Shown here one piece after another: positions 50,718-64,000 of a stretch of DNA of 64,000 bases. Both the position numbers and the translations under genes were made by a program. The DNA is from Nitrospirales bacterium. GTDB taxonomy: Bacteria; Nitrospirota; Nitrospiria; Nitrospirales; UBA8639. Under the pieces are notes generated by a model that saw only the letters and a program-made list of their open reading frames with translations, had not been told where the DNA came from and searched no databases. The stretch covers positions 896,001 to 960,000 of the forward strand of contig CBDBCZ010000017.1 in the NCBI GenBank assembly GCA_965203295.1. Direction: 5' to 3'. Positions within the stretch are counted from its first letter, which is position 1; every line of letters begins with the position of its first letter.

Positions 50718-51414
50718 TGTACTTATAATCAATGTGTCTGTTGTACACACCAAACAGAGACTGGCAGCGACTAATAATTAATCCGCCTACATATGGGCGA
50801 AGAATAGCCGTTGATGCAGTATACAAATATTAACTATAATAATATCTCACAACATGTACATGTAGAACTCGACACGATAATACAAAATATACAATAAAGA
50901 AGAAAGGCTGAACTAAATGATCCCGTCCACCCAGAACTTGCATTTACGCACACGAACTCACGCGCACAGCTATATATACCTATGGCTACATGTACACTAC
51001 GTGTATATAGTGTACACTCATACATGTAGACCTAGACTCACCGCAGGAATTCGAAGATGCTACAGCAAGTGACAGTAACAGTGATTCTCTTCGCTAGCAG
51101 GGCCGAGCAGTCGAAACACGAGCATACCGAATGCTACTACTAGACATCCGGGCTACGTACCGGGAATGGTGTACATGGCTTCGAAGTATTCCTGTTATTC
51201 TGCTGAATGGCACAAACATTATCCGCTGAAATCCCCGTTGCCATGTGTAATTACAGTACTTGAACACATAATGTACTATATAATTATGTGACTGTGTATG
51301 TGATATCGCATCATGAAACGTCAACAAAAATACGCGTGACGTCATCCGTGACGTTTGCACGCGTGAGCTCACCATGTACCATCGAATGGCGCCTGGCGCC
51401 ATGGCATTTCCTTC

Positions 51415-51505
51415 TAGTCTCGTGCCCAGACACCCACGCCTTTCCGGCGAAGATCTTTTAAGAGTCACAGCGAGGGGGAGGAGCGACGGTCTGGGCACGA
51501 GACTA
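51415..51505. mobile_element. Short TAGTCTCGTGCCCAGAC MITE
   Basis: 17-bp perfect TIR. Flanks ATTTCCCTTC / ATTTCCTTC. Confidence 0.8.
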
Positions 51506-52603
51506 ATTTCCTTCAACATGCAATTGTTGAAGGAAATAACTGTAGGTTTATGGCATCACCAAATAGTCCAAGCTCAAAATCTTTTCTGTATAATATTATT
51601 ATTTTATGTCAAAACCGAGTCAGATGTCTAACGTTAACTCCATCACATAAGTGGAATCCACCATCATGAAGTTCTTTGTAGTAATATCTCATTGTATGTA
51701 ATGTAGGAATGATACCAGGCAAAGAGTATATAAGCACACACATTTAATAAACAGGACGTTAATGCAATAATAAGTCTAAAACTATATTGTAAATTGCCAG
51801 TCCTTATGTAAACTGGTGAACGTGAGCTAAGAACTTTCAATAATATTTGTACATGCACTGAAAAAACAAGTGTTGCTTTAATCCAGCTGGAGGTACATGT
51901 GTATCTCAGTAAACTGTTGCATGTTCATTACCAAAACCAAAAATGTGCATTCAGGCAGATCAATAACATTATTTGCCCAACATAAAACTTTTATGGCTCC
52001 TACAATACGCAATAGTAGCTTTAGAGAAAGTCATTTATGACCTTCCGATATCTATACATCATACCTGCAGTTATATGTATTACGAGTGGCTGGAAGTACA
52101 TGTAGACTCTTGACCTAATTTTCAGTTCCAGGAGCCAGTGAGAGAGGGAGTCTTAGGAGCCGGGCTGGCAACCGGCTTGACCTGGGGGTCACTCAGTCCT
52201 ATATAGGTTCGAGTGACCCGGGGGGGGGAGGGGTCTGTATGCAGGGTCAGATTGCCATGCTGGGTCATCTTTGATTTTAGCACCTATCTGCTGCATACAG
52301 TTAAAGACCAAAACAATATGCACTTCGTAGTGTGGCTATATAGGCGACCATAGATGGACGTGAAGGCAGAAAAAGAATATACAGCGCAATCATGTTAATT
52401 ATACAACTACGTAATAGCTAATAATTGCAAAAAGTCATCTAAAAAGATGTGTAGAAATGATGACAGGCAAGCAATAACTACCGTAGAGCACACACACACA
52501 GTAAACACAATCCAGCGCAAGCGTAGCAATACAGCACAAGCAAATGCATACAAAAATATGAGCAGCACAAAAAAAATGAATGGCTTACATTTTCAGTCCC
52601 TTC

Positions 52604-54606
52604 TCAGTTAATTTTGAGTGGCTTTAGAGTAAGCTTTATATCATCGGCGGTCCTCATTATTACCTTCGGTACAAGTTCTACCTTATGACCGTCCGTCAAA
52701 GAGAGAGAGAAATGATTCACAATGGAAGCAACCACAGCTCTCTCCTCATTCATGGCAAAGACCTGCCCGATACAGTTGCGGTGACCAGCTGAAAAGGGAA
52801 TATAGGCAAAAGGATGTCGGCCGTCTGCGTTACTAGGATGGAACCGCAGGGGGTCAAATTCATCAGGGTTTGGCCAAGTGTCGGGCTGCCGATGAACGTT
52901 GAAGATGTTTACACTGAGCAACATTCCTTTCGGAATAAAAAACCCCCCCAGTTCCAAATCTTTGGAGGCTTCACGAAAGAATATAAACACGGGCGGGTAG
53001 AGCCTCATGGCTTCCTTGATGCACCACTGCGTGTACTTGAGCTCCTTGAGATCGTCGTACTCTAGTGATTCTCTCCCCTTGAGGACGCTTCTCACTTCTT
53101 CCCTCACTTTGTCCTGGTGCTCGGGATACTTTGCCAGACAGTAGAGTGTCCACGATATGCCGCTGGTCGTGGTGTCGTGGCCTTCGAACATAAAGGTGTC
53201 GGCTTCGTTCCGGATTTCCAAGTCCGTCAGTCCCGTTCCGTCTTCATCAACGGCTGTGAGCAGTATGTCCAGGAAGTCGAGATACTTTCTCTGCTTCGCT
53301 GCGCCTTCGAGGATTGCTGCTGCACTCTCAGTGTTCCTACCGATCCCCGTATCCAATAATCCCAGGGCCTTCCGTCGCTCCCGAATGACCCTTTCAGAGT
53401 GATCATGGACAGCTTGGCAGAGTTTCTTCATCCTTCTTCCAGATGGGACTAGTGCGTATATCCAGTCATTGTAATAGAGAGGATTGAAGAATCTTTCCGA
53501 TACCAGTTCAATGAGTTCGTATATATCCCTGATGTAAGGATGTCTCCTTTCAACATTCTGACAGTCACTTGTATAGCTAAACGCACAACGCAAGATGATG
53601 TCCAATGAAAGCAAGCTCATGGTGTCAAACAGCTTAACCGGCTCATTTTTGCTAGCAGATACGGTCCACTTCTTCAAAAGGGTTTTCACGCAACTGTTGT
53701 AGACAGAAACGTATGGTTTAAGAATCTCATAATGGAAAGCGGGAGTTAGCAGGCGACGATTTCGATGCCACTTTGCTCCACCAGATATCAGTATCCCGTC
53801 TCCAAGCCAGGGTTCCAGTATCCGGTAAGTATCATATTGTTTTGGCTCCTGTAACACCTTCTTGACTAGATCGCAATGATGAACACTCACTTGGGCAAAG
53901 AAAGGACCGAACCATATCCTTGCGACCTTTAGACCACGACTACAGACGTAGTTTTTCAACTTCAGTAATGACTTTTCGTCCGGAGCAACTTCATTAAGGT
54001 TGCCCCAAAGCCAGTGCTTAGGGTACCCTGTATATGTGGAGTATAACCATTCACAATTAGAGATGCTGCAATCTTACAGCTGCAGAAACTTTGCAATCTA
54101 GAGCAATATCCAAAACCCTGACCTACCCTTATCTCATGACCCTTAGCATAATTAACACACCCAAAGTAAGCATTTGACCATATAAGGGATTGCCAGCCAC
54201 AAGGTTTAGATACCTAACTACATTAGTTGCTTGGAGGCTGCATGCAAAAGGAGCGGCTGTGTGGACCAACAGGGAGAGTGTCTATCTGTTAGTAGCTATT
54301 GTCTCTCCCTACACTAGCCTCGTACCCAGGCCACGCGAGACCTGGCCAGAATTAAAGATTAATTTCTAGGCATATGCGTAGAACAGTAGAGTGATTCCCC
54401 AAATTCATCACGCCAGCACCCTAGCTTATATTAACAGCATGAACAGGAACAGATTGACTGCACGCATGCAACATCTAACCTGGCAAACGGCTAGCTGCTT
54501 TGAACAAGCGGTAATATTTAAGCAGGCGACCCGGAATGTTCCACCAGAGGCCGAGCAGCAGCACAAGAGCCGCTCCGAATGTCCAACTAAGCACAGAGGC
54601 GACCAT
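52604..54606 (-). CDS. Cytochrome P450, CYP4 clan (CYP4F/4B-like), 516 aa, two exons
   Basis: Exon 1 54606-54480 (MVASVLSWTFGAALVLLLGLWW anchor) and exon 2 54027-52604. Motifs WLWGNL, WHRNRRLLTPAFH, EADTFMFEGHDTT, EAMR (ExxR), PLRF, PFSAGHRNCIG. Confidence 0.95.
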
Positions 54607-55113
54607 CTTTACGAACGGCACGCGTTGTACCGTTTGAAGGGGCGAAGCTCTTTCTTGCTAATGACGTCATAGTTTCAGGACCGGAAGTGTAGCTCTGAAC
54701 TGAACCTCAAAAGGAGACGAAAGTCTCTTGCACTGTTAAACAATGCGTTAAGAAAATTCTAAGCATAAAATTGGCATTAGGCTCCTTCTAAAGGCACACA
54801 GCATAGCTATTAATGTCATGTCTTTCATTCTATAACAATACGGTATATGAGTACCGAACATGTCTACAGCATACATACTAGCCCAGATACATGTAGCTTC
54901 ATAGAAAGTTGGATTGCAATGTGTCGCTTTAATTTTGTGCTTCATGCTTGTCAATCAACGAATGCATGGATCACATCAATTCCTACTTGCATGTTTGCGA
55001 ACAAAAGGTCACGCAGTATCCAAAAGGCAGCAAAAGTAAATACTACTATGACTATGAACAGTTAGTCCACACTTTTTTAAAGTAGTTCACTTTAGAATCT
55101 TTCTACGAGCGCT

Positions 55114-57241
55114 TCAGTGTATCGGCCTAGATCCTGTATGGTGTGGTGGACGAATCGAATGCCAGCGACTCACTCGATGCTTTGGTGAAGCCATTATCTC
55201 ATCCCAGTGGCTTTTCCCCGATTCGTGGGGTGAATGCTCACCAATGACTACCACTCCCACGAGATCATTTGCCGTGAACCGGTCGTAGTCCATGAGTGAG
55301 AATTCCAGGCTGATATCTAAAAGATCCATTCTTGATACATCAAAGGCAAAGGATTCGTTGAACACAGGAACGAGGGTGTTCTTCTTCACGGAAGTTTTCC
55401 ATTTTTTCATTCTCTTGCCACCATAAATCAGGTAGACTTTCACATAGGGATCTATGCATGACAGGAAACAGTAAAAATCACTGCAGCTATATATTATACA
55501 CAAAGTATGCATGGCTATGTAGGCACAAAGCAATATAATATATGTAGCTATGCATAACTGAATATGCATACAAAATTCGCAGACATAGTAACACAATAAT
55601 TATTTTTACTATAAGTAGTAGCCACAAATTGTTGTCAGACTTTGAATAATTAAATCCAACTACAACATAGGTACTGTTTGAACTGAGATCCCGGCAGGAA
55701 TTGAATCTGCATGGTTTCCTGGCACTGGAGCTGCAGAGGATACACTTGTAGCCCTTACTCTGTACTCAAGGCCCAAAGTACCCTAGCTGTTCACTGTATG
55801 TAGCACGCAAGGTGTTTTCAACAGCTATACACTGAGTTAGGAATTAAACTGTGTTCATATATATATATGTCCTTAAATCCAGAGAGCCAGAGAGCTCCAG
55901 TAGCTCAGTGGTATGAGCATCAGAAAGAATTCAGCAGACTTAGTTTCAAGTCCTGCCTGGATCCAAGTTAAAGTTTTTAATCTCTGATGTACAAATATCC
56001 ATCCTTTTCACGATTAAATTTTTGTACTGTTAATTACCTGCTAGTCCCACAATGTTCTGTTTTTGAAGCCCAGTTGCTTTGAGAATGATCCCTTGTAGCT
56101 GGTTGTGAGTGGGGTGGTACAGTAGAGAAATTAGTAGCTCACCCTTTTCATCCTAAAGGGTAAAGGAGAATATCATGGTGTGTTTAATTTAGACAAATTT
56201 GAGTGTGCAGTACTATTTACTTACGGCTATTTACTAGACTAGTATACCATACAGTTCATGTACTTAATACCAAAGTATTAGTATTGTTATACCCTTCAGC
56301 TATCTCTTTTATGCATCAATGTCAGTAACTATTGCTTAGCATAGTCATTACATGATAGTCAGCAGAATTAAACTCAACATAATTTTTAATTTACACAACA
56401 GTCTAATCTTAGTACATAACACTTATATTCATACCCTTGGCTCCAGTTTTGTCTCATCAATTGCAACAGTCATTGTGGCACCATAGATGTCGGCATCTTT
56501 CAGTGGCAGCATCGAAGCTCCGATGAAGTACTTCTTGGAGTACTTGTCGTTATCATATACTTTGAACACAATGGTCTGGGACTGAATATCATTGAGAGAA
56601 ACATTCTTGAATTCGAAGTGCTCATTAAAGCAGGGATTCAACGTCTCGTAGACTATTCTCGATTGAAATACTTCTTCCCTGCTTGGATCTAGGTACATCA
56701 CCACAAACGGGTCACTCGTACCCCTCCAGTCTTTCGCTGGGAGGTCACAGGCTTTGATTAAGGTGAGAGTGAGGGTATAACGCTGAAGATCATAGTAGAG
56801 AGAAAAGGTCAGACTTGATTCGGATTTGGTTTCGCTACCGACTGCAGGTGACATTTCTTTTTCCTGAACCTCGGGCGTCCAACTACTACTACTACGCCCC
56901 CTATCAACGTCTGGACTGGATGAATACTTTGATCTGCTCTCATAAACTATGCCCAACGGGCAGGTTGGTAACGGGGAAGGTGTAAAACGCTTCACTGGCT
57001 GCTGCGTGACGACTTCATCGAAGCAGAAGTCGGGCTTGACTCCGTACTCCATTTGAAGCTGCGGAAGCTCGAAAATCTTCTTCATAGGCACTTGGTGAAA
57101 CTCTGGGACTTCAGCCACGACTTTGGGCTGGGATGGTGTGGTCATGGCCTGATGATACTCAATGTGAGGGTACTTCTTTGCAGTGTCGTCTTCATCGAAG
57201 CAGTAGTAGCAGCAACAGCAGCAGACCCTCAGGCAGTTCAT
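55114..57241 (-). CDS. Synaptotagmin-like double-C2 protein, copy 5 (419 aa)
   Basis: Exons 57241-56435, 56152-56038, 55451-55114. N-terminus MNCLRVCCCCCYYCF. An in-frame TAG lies between the upstream acceptor and the ATG. Confidence 0.9.
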
Positions 57242-57641
57242 TGTGCTTCCCGATTGCTACGGCCCGTAACGGGCCACCTACACAAGGGACAAGATAGTAA
57301 AAAAAAATCACTTGTTTTGCAGTATGGAGAGCACTGTATAAGAAATGTTAGCAGTTTTATTTGCATGCATGCACAGATATACAGACGGATAGTTACAAGG
57401 GCCATGCATGCTTGCTTTGTGACACACACATACTGCATGAGGCTAGTAATAAATGGGTCTTAGTGTGCTGTGTAGTAGCTACTTCAGCTAAGCAATATTG
57501 CCGGTCATTGCCTGGAAAAAGTGAGTACAGTATCATCTCGTACTTTGGTCCAGACATGTTAGTAACCCTACAACAAGGTTTCAAATACATGGGTCACAGA
57601 TCAGATCGGCAGAAGTGCTTCCAGGAACACATGCACGCAGC

Positions 57642-57930
<289 letters not shown>

Positions 57931-58137
57931 ATCGTGCCAATTCAAAATCACATTGTCAGTATACCATAATTTATATTACATACTTGCAAGAGTATGTACA
58001 CACTACACTATAATTTTAAAGATACATTATACATTACACACACATTGATTCATAAAATCTGTATAGTTACTCGTATTATAGCTGCAGCTGTTGAAAAAAT
58101 CTTGACGACTTGACTTTGATAAATTCTTCAGAATCGG

Positions 58138-58700
58138 ATGGTTGCCACAAGCTTGGTATAGGTTGGTTTCACTATACTGGCTTCCTACACAACAGACTAC
58201 CTAATTGACCATTCTTACCTAACAATGATTGACCATTCTTATAAATTGTCTGACAGTGATTGACAATTCTTATAAATTGTCTGACAATGATTGACCATTC
58301 TTACCCTCAATGCACATGTAATAACAGTATATACCTGTTGTGTCAAATGGTTGCCACAAGCTTGCATGGTTGGTTTCACTATACACTGGCTTCCTACGCA
58401 CAGACTACCTAATTGACCATTCTTACCTACAACGATTGACCATTCTTATAAATTGTCTGACAGTGATTGACCATTCTTACCCTCAATGCACATGTAATAA
58501 CAGTGTATACCTGTTGTGTCAAATGGTTGCCACAAGCTTGCATGGTTGGTTTCACTACACTGGCTTCCTACCCACAGACTACCTGTCAGTGACCATTCTT
58601 ACCTAACATTGATTGACCATTCTTATAAATTATCTGACAATGGTTGACCATTTTCACCTGACAATGCACATGTAATAACAGTGTATACTTGTTGTGGCTA
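58138..58700. repeat. Three tandem ~180-200-bp units
   Basis: ATGGTTGCCACAAGCTTG...ATTGACCATTCTTA...CAATGCACATGTAATAACAGT occurs three times. Confidence 0.85.
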
Positions 58701-60240
58701 ACTGTATGCACCTGCAATATAAGTACATGCACCAGCTGTATTTGATGATTCTTGCCAAGTTGCTACAGCAGCTTTCACTGCCTTTGCAAGCAATCAGAGT
58801 AAAGCCCACTGCACTAATGGGTGGGTGAGTGATTAATTAGGCTTTGAAGTCCTCTTCTGAAGGAGGTGATCACTTCTTGAATCACACTAGCTGTGGTTTT
58901 ACCTCTTCTGGTTAGCCATTGCACGGGTTATGAAAACTGCCAGAGGAGGTTGGAAGCAATCACGTGCGCTAATAGTGGAATACAATTAGCTATGTTGGCT
59001 GATATGCAAAGAAAACGCCTCGGGCAGAGAGGAGCAATAATAGCCGCTCCGCGAGTGATCTTGTGTAAGTTTAGCCGTTTTCAAAGTAAAATAGCTAGAA
59101 TCTGAGTGGTAAAACCACAACCATACTGAAATTTTTGCAACCTCACTAAGAATTCGATGCATTCAAGCTCAATCTTGTGCAGCACAGCTCCATACTTGGA
59201 AGCCAAGGTTTTTGAGGCGACGTCCCCACCCGTCCCCTTGAGCTACAAAATGTTATGTAGGCCAGACACTGTAAATCCTTCAGTATTCATCTCAATAGAA
59301 TGCTATTAGCTACACGTGACATCATGGATTTATTGACATACAGGTAAGTGCTTCCAACCTCCTCTGGTGTGGGATGGTGCCACAGTGAAACCTTTGCAAC
59401 AATGTGGTAGTGCAGCCACAGTCTGTAAAGGCCATGCACCTAATCACACAGTGCATAACCCCCATTCACCTCTATACACTCAATACTGAAGCCATTAGTT
59501 TCCTACTGAAGCCACAGGGAAGCCATTCATTTTATACTTTGAACCAAGTTGTCAATGAGTGCATGCCTTCATTGCTGTAGGTGTAGTCATACGTGCACAA
59601 ATAAAGTTCCATTTCTTCATTGCTGTAGTCATACTGTACAATGTCATGCACGATTATAAGTTCCACTTCTTTGCTGCTGTAGTCATACATGATCATATTA
59701 AGTTTCACATTCTTAATTTTAGTCATTCATGCATGAAATAAGTGAGCTGTTTCATTAGCAAGTATGATTAATAAATCATTACCGCATAGACTTAGGCATA
59801 CAGCTAGTATAACTGTTTTATATTATGACGCAGGCTGTTTAATATTATGGTGATGTGCCATCTTAGGTTCACTAACCTAATGAGTGATAGTTGGCGTGAA
59901 AGGGGGTTGCGGTCGTGACGCTAAGTATGCGTCCAAGGAGCTTTCGTGATTTTACTCAATATCTGCAGTTAACTATTTTTGTCTACAATACTGCCCCAGG
60001 AACTGGTAAATATTATAAAAATCCTTTTCTAGGGCATAATATTATATAATAAAAATGTGGGAGAGCCTTGCTCAGCTGCAAGAAATGGTGACCATAAACA
60101 TTAATTTATTTGTCCACAATTCATGACAACACACGGAGTGCACACATACATAATACAAGTGAACTGAAACTTAAGATCAAGTTGAATAGAACACGTACAT
60201 ATCATGCAGTCTGGGGTACTACGCGAGACTAATCATGCAG

Positions 60241-60302
60241 TAGCCTCGAACCCAGGCCTTCCACGCAGATTTTTTCGCAGCCGAGGCCTGGGTTCGAGGC
60301 TA
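60241..60302. mobile_element. 62-bp TAGCCTCG MITE with 9-bp TSD
   Basis: TIR TAGCCTCGAACCCAGGCCT, with ATCATGCAG on both sides. Confidence 0.85.
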
Positions 60303-60573
60303 ATCATGCAGTACGTATTAGCTACCTATGGTGCGTACTCACCATGTATGTACGGCAAGAACGATCAAACACCGTCCACTGGGACTCCGGCTGCGGCCCC
60401 CTAGCGGAGCGCAAGAATATCAAACTTCGATAGGCATAATATTATGACTCCTTGGCGCCTACATGTATGTAATACGTTCGGTGACGTCATGTCCGGTTGA
60501 ATAGAGTGTACGCTTAAATTGTTTGAAGCCCCTCCCTCAAGCTCCCTGTGTGTGCAGTGGTGAATGAGAGAGG

Positions 60574-60682
60574 TAGTCTAGCTAGCTATCCCCAACTTCT
60601 ACCCACCTAGGGATCACTTTCAGGATCCTGGCCTGCCAGCGATCTCTAGGTGGGTAGAAGTTGGGGATAGCTAGCTAGACTA
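60574..60682. repeat. 109-bp hairpin (MITE-like)
   Basis: TAGTCTAGCTAGCTATCCCCAACTTCTACCCACCTAG is mirrored by CTAGGTGGGTAGAAGTTGGGGATAGCTAGCTAGACTA. Confidence 0.8.
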
Positions 60683-61935
60683 TCATGGAGGTTGTGTTCT
60701 TTAATTTACAGGTATGAAAGTTTCCCTACTTGTACATGTACGCATACACAGCCTCGTTCCCAGGCTCCCCCACCCCCCCAGCCGCGTTGCAATTAAAAAG
60801 CTGGGGGTGGAGAGCCTGGGAGCGAGCACGTATATTGTAATAAAACTGGATGCCTACTAATTCTCTCTCAGCATGGTCAGATGACGCAATTTCAAATTGG
60901 ATAAAAATTATATGAGAGTAAGCTACAGAAGTTCGCTAAGCAGGCCAGAATGAATTAGCAAAGTCTCGCATGAGAGTCTGGTAATGCGAGACTAGAATCA
61001 GCAGGCCACAGAAACATAATACACACACCCCAATTTAAGAATGTAATTCTACACTGAGCTCTATATTAGCTCCTGTGATCCTAATTGGGACGTGAAGGAG
61101 AAAGTTGTAGCTATATCTCTTTGGACAAAACTGAGAGATGGATAGGATGTTTTGACTGGATACACAGTGTATGCAGGATGTACACAGCCCATCACAGGAA
61201 GGTATCAGCCTGTGATCTCCCCATGCCCTAACTGACCCATGGTACGTGCCCTAGTATGCAGGATATACAGCCCACCACAGGAAGGTAGCATGAAGCCATG
61301 ATCGCATGGCGGCCTAGCATTTATGTGCTCAGTAAAACTATTTTTAAGGAGTGAATTTATTTTAGTGGTGTGCTTACTGAAATGAAATATTTATGCTTGC
61401 ACCCTTTTTATAGTAGCTAGATCACGGATATCTCCTCTGAGTTTCATTCCTTGACAAGTTCAAGTGCAGTGGCTCTCGAGATTGTCAATCGTATTTTTTT
61501 AGGAATAAAACTCAGAGAAAATACCACAACCTACTATAAACAATACAGGGTGCAAGTGTAAATATTTCATAAGTTATTGAGCCAACTACACTTGCTAGTG
61601 TAAAGATTATACTGGCTAGCAAGACGCAAGTGAGCACAGATATGGGTGAGGAGATCCAAGAAACAGGTGACAAGGTATATTACTATACTTCCCTCCATTA
61701 AAGAGCACCTTGGTCTAACATTGGATTGGAAGACCTGACAGATACTACAATGGACATTTAGTAGTGAGTCATTATCACTCTAACAGCTAGTGTGGAGGTT
61801 CTGGATGGTTCAGCTAGCAATTCATTCCATATGGGATATCGATGATGTCATAGGGTTAGGTTAGGGTTAAGGTTAGGTTTAGGGTTAGTAAAAAACCAAT
61901 CATCATTATTGGGTACCAGTTCTACAAATTTCATG

Positions 61936-62045
61936 TGACTAGTATTCAGAAGGTCCTGAGTTCAATCCCCAGCTGGGTCCTGTTTTTTTTCGGGATTTCT
62001 TTACTCTCTCAGAAAGCTTATCATCTCGGAAGAGTTTGCCATGTA
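61936..62045 (+). mobile_element. tRNA-derived SINE fragment (second copy)
   Basis: Matches 21117-21237, including the tail GATTTCTTTACTCTCTCAGAAAGCTTATCATCTC. Confidence 0.65.
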
Positions 62046-62435
62046 GCTGCATAGAATTATATGACTGCATAAATGCAGGCATTATGTATACTGGAAACCA
62101 CATGTACAGCTGCTATATATGCCACACTAGACTCTGAAGTCATCCTTGAGTGCAAAGTCAAGTCTGAGATGAACCTCAAGAGGAGTACCCTCCCCACTGT
62201 GGTTATCTTTTAGTAATGTTTACATAGTCTTTATGAGCTATATTGTAGAAGTTTACAATGTCAACTCTTAATATATGTCATGCCAAAAATGAAGTACACG
62301 TAAATGGAAACACATTGCTGCTGTGTTGACAGAATAACATTTATATATAGAGCTATATACTGAGTAATTCATAATGTATAGAGAACAGAGAAAACAGTGA
62401 TGTTACTACAAACATTGAAAGCACAAACAGTGATT

Positions 62436-64000
62436 TTATGACCGTTTCAGATTATCTGCTTTAAATCCAGGTTCTGGTGAACGAATTGAATGCCAGTGAC
62501 TCACTCGATGCTTTGGTGAAGCGATTATTTCATTCCAATGACTTCTTCCCGATTTGTGGGGAGAATTTTCACCAATGATTATCACTCCTACAAGATCATT
62601 CGCCGAGAACCGGTCGTAGTCCATGACTACAACTTCCAGGCTAATTTCTGATAGATCCCTCATTGACACATCAAAGACAAAGGATTCATTGAACACAGGG
62701 AAAAGGGTGTTCTTCTTTATGGATGTTTTCCATTTTGTGATTCTTTTACCTCTATGAACCAGGTAGATTTTCACATATGGATCTATGTATGAGGCATGAA
62801 ATAGTAAATGCTTAGCTGTTTCTTACTTTAATTAGGTGTACATTTCAAGTATGAGCAGGATTTGTGAGTAATTAGGACTATGGTATGAACATTCTACTCC
62901 CCCATCTCCCTAGGTAATTCGTCGCTTGTAAGGAATTTCACAGCATTGCAAAGGTTACATATATGGCAGCATATCATCTTAATTGGACATGCTCATTGGA
63001 GCAGTCAAACCTAACTACTTTGTTTTGGAGCTAGTGATCCCAATAATGGCACGGATATTATGGATACCATTGGCTGGGGTATTGTTCTAGGTGAAGTGAT
63101 GAAGGCTTAACCCTACGTGTCAAGGACGCCAGTAATAATTATGCATGTGCACAGTATTCACAATAGTATTATTCTTGGGCATTGGTGCTGTTTTTACCTG
63201 CTAGTCCCACTACATCCTGTTTTTGAAGCCCAGTTGCTTTGAGAACGATCCCTTGCAGCTGGTTGACACTGGGCTGGTATGACAGAGAAATCAGGAGATT
63301 GCCCTTTCCACTCTGATAAGGAAAAGTTGTTATTACTATCATAGTCTGTTATATGCGCACAAACACATTGTAATTCATTTTGAGTGCAGTGACTGCTATA
63401 CTGGACTAGTGTACCATACAGTTTAAAGAAATTACTGTATACTTGACACTAAACAAAATTATTGGTATTTCATGGGCTAATTATCACTACTATGTCGAAA
63501 TTTATCCACAATTGTGCACAGTAACTACTGCAAACTTTCTTACTAGGAAGGCAGGTGAAATTAAAAAATCTTTCTGCTATACTGACTATGAGAATTTTAT
63601 ACCTGTAGCTATTCCCCTTGAAAGTATGACTCTAAAATAGTTATCCACACAGTAAAAAGTTCATACCTTTTCTTCAAGGGCTTTGACATCAATTGGAATG
63701 ATCATCGTAGCACCATAGAGGTCGGCATCTTTCAGTGGCAGGTCCGAAGCTCCAATGTAGGCATTTTTAGAGTGCTTGTCGTGATAAACTTTAAACATAA
63801 CGGTTTGGTGTCGAACATCATCGGGAGGAAGATTTTTGAATTCAAAGTACTCATTAAAGCTGGGATTCAGTGTCTTGTAGAATACTCTCGATTGGAAAAT
63901 TTCTTCCCTGCTTGGATCGAGGTGCATCACCACAAAAGGGTCACTTGCTCCTCCCTGTTCTTTTGCTGGAAGGTCGTAGGCTTTAAATAAGGTGAGAGTG
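62436..64000 (-). CDS. Synaptotagmin-like double-C2 protein, copy 6 (5' part lies beyond the window)
   Basis: Exons >64000-63667 (TLTLFKAYDLPAKEQGGASDPFV...), 63312-63198, 62782-62436. Same 115-nt middle exon as all other copies. Confidence 0.88.

Noticed and set aside
55893..55965. Possible tRNA gene
   Set aside because: A-box present, but stems and B-box are degenerate; it resembles the SINE head seen at 21110 and 61936.

Overview
Intron-containing eukaryotic (animal) DNA. A demosponge-like early-branching metazoan is my guess from gene content and repeat style, not something I can establish. Gene models were built by hand from GT-AG splice sites. In order: (1) a single-coding-exon, signal-peptide plus GPI-like, two-repeat Cys-rich protein (4176-5423, +); (2) two divergent tandem 5-exon mitochondrial-type SSB (SSBP1-like) genes (7074-11603 and 12026-15636, -); (3) tafazzin, 9 coding exons (16631-26271, +), head-to-head with SSB-B and carrying a 2.5-kb foldback element in intron 6; (4) a ~5-kb palindrome of two intronless O-fucosyltransferase-like genes whose axis is a 225-bp TIR-bounded element; (5) a tandem array of at least six 3-exon synaptotagmin-like double-C2 genes (33732-64000, -) with an N-terminal Cys cluster instead of a TM helix, each subtype having a different set of Ca2+-ligand aspartates, one copy frameshifted, and a CYP4-clan P450 between copies 4 and 5. 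Many MITEs, a tRNA-derived SINE, and mini- and microsatellites are also present. No CRISPR, rRNA or convincing tRNA was found.
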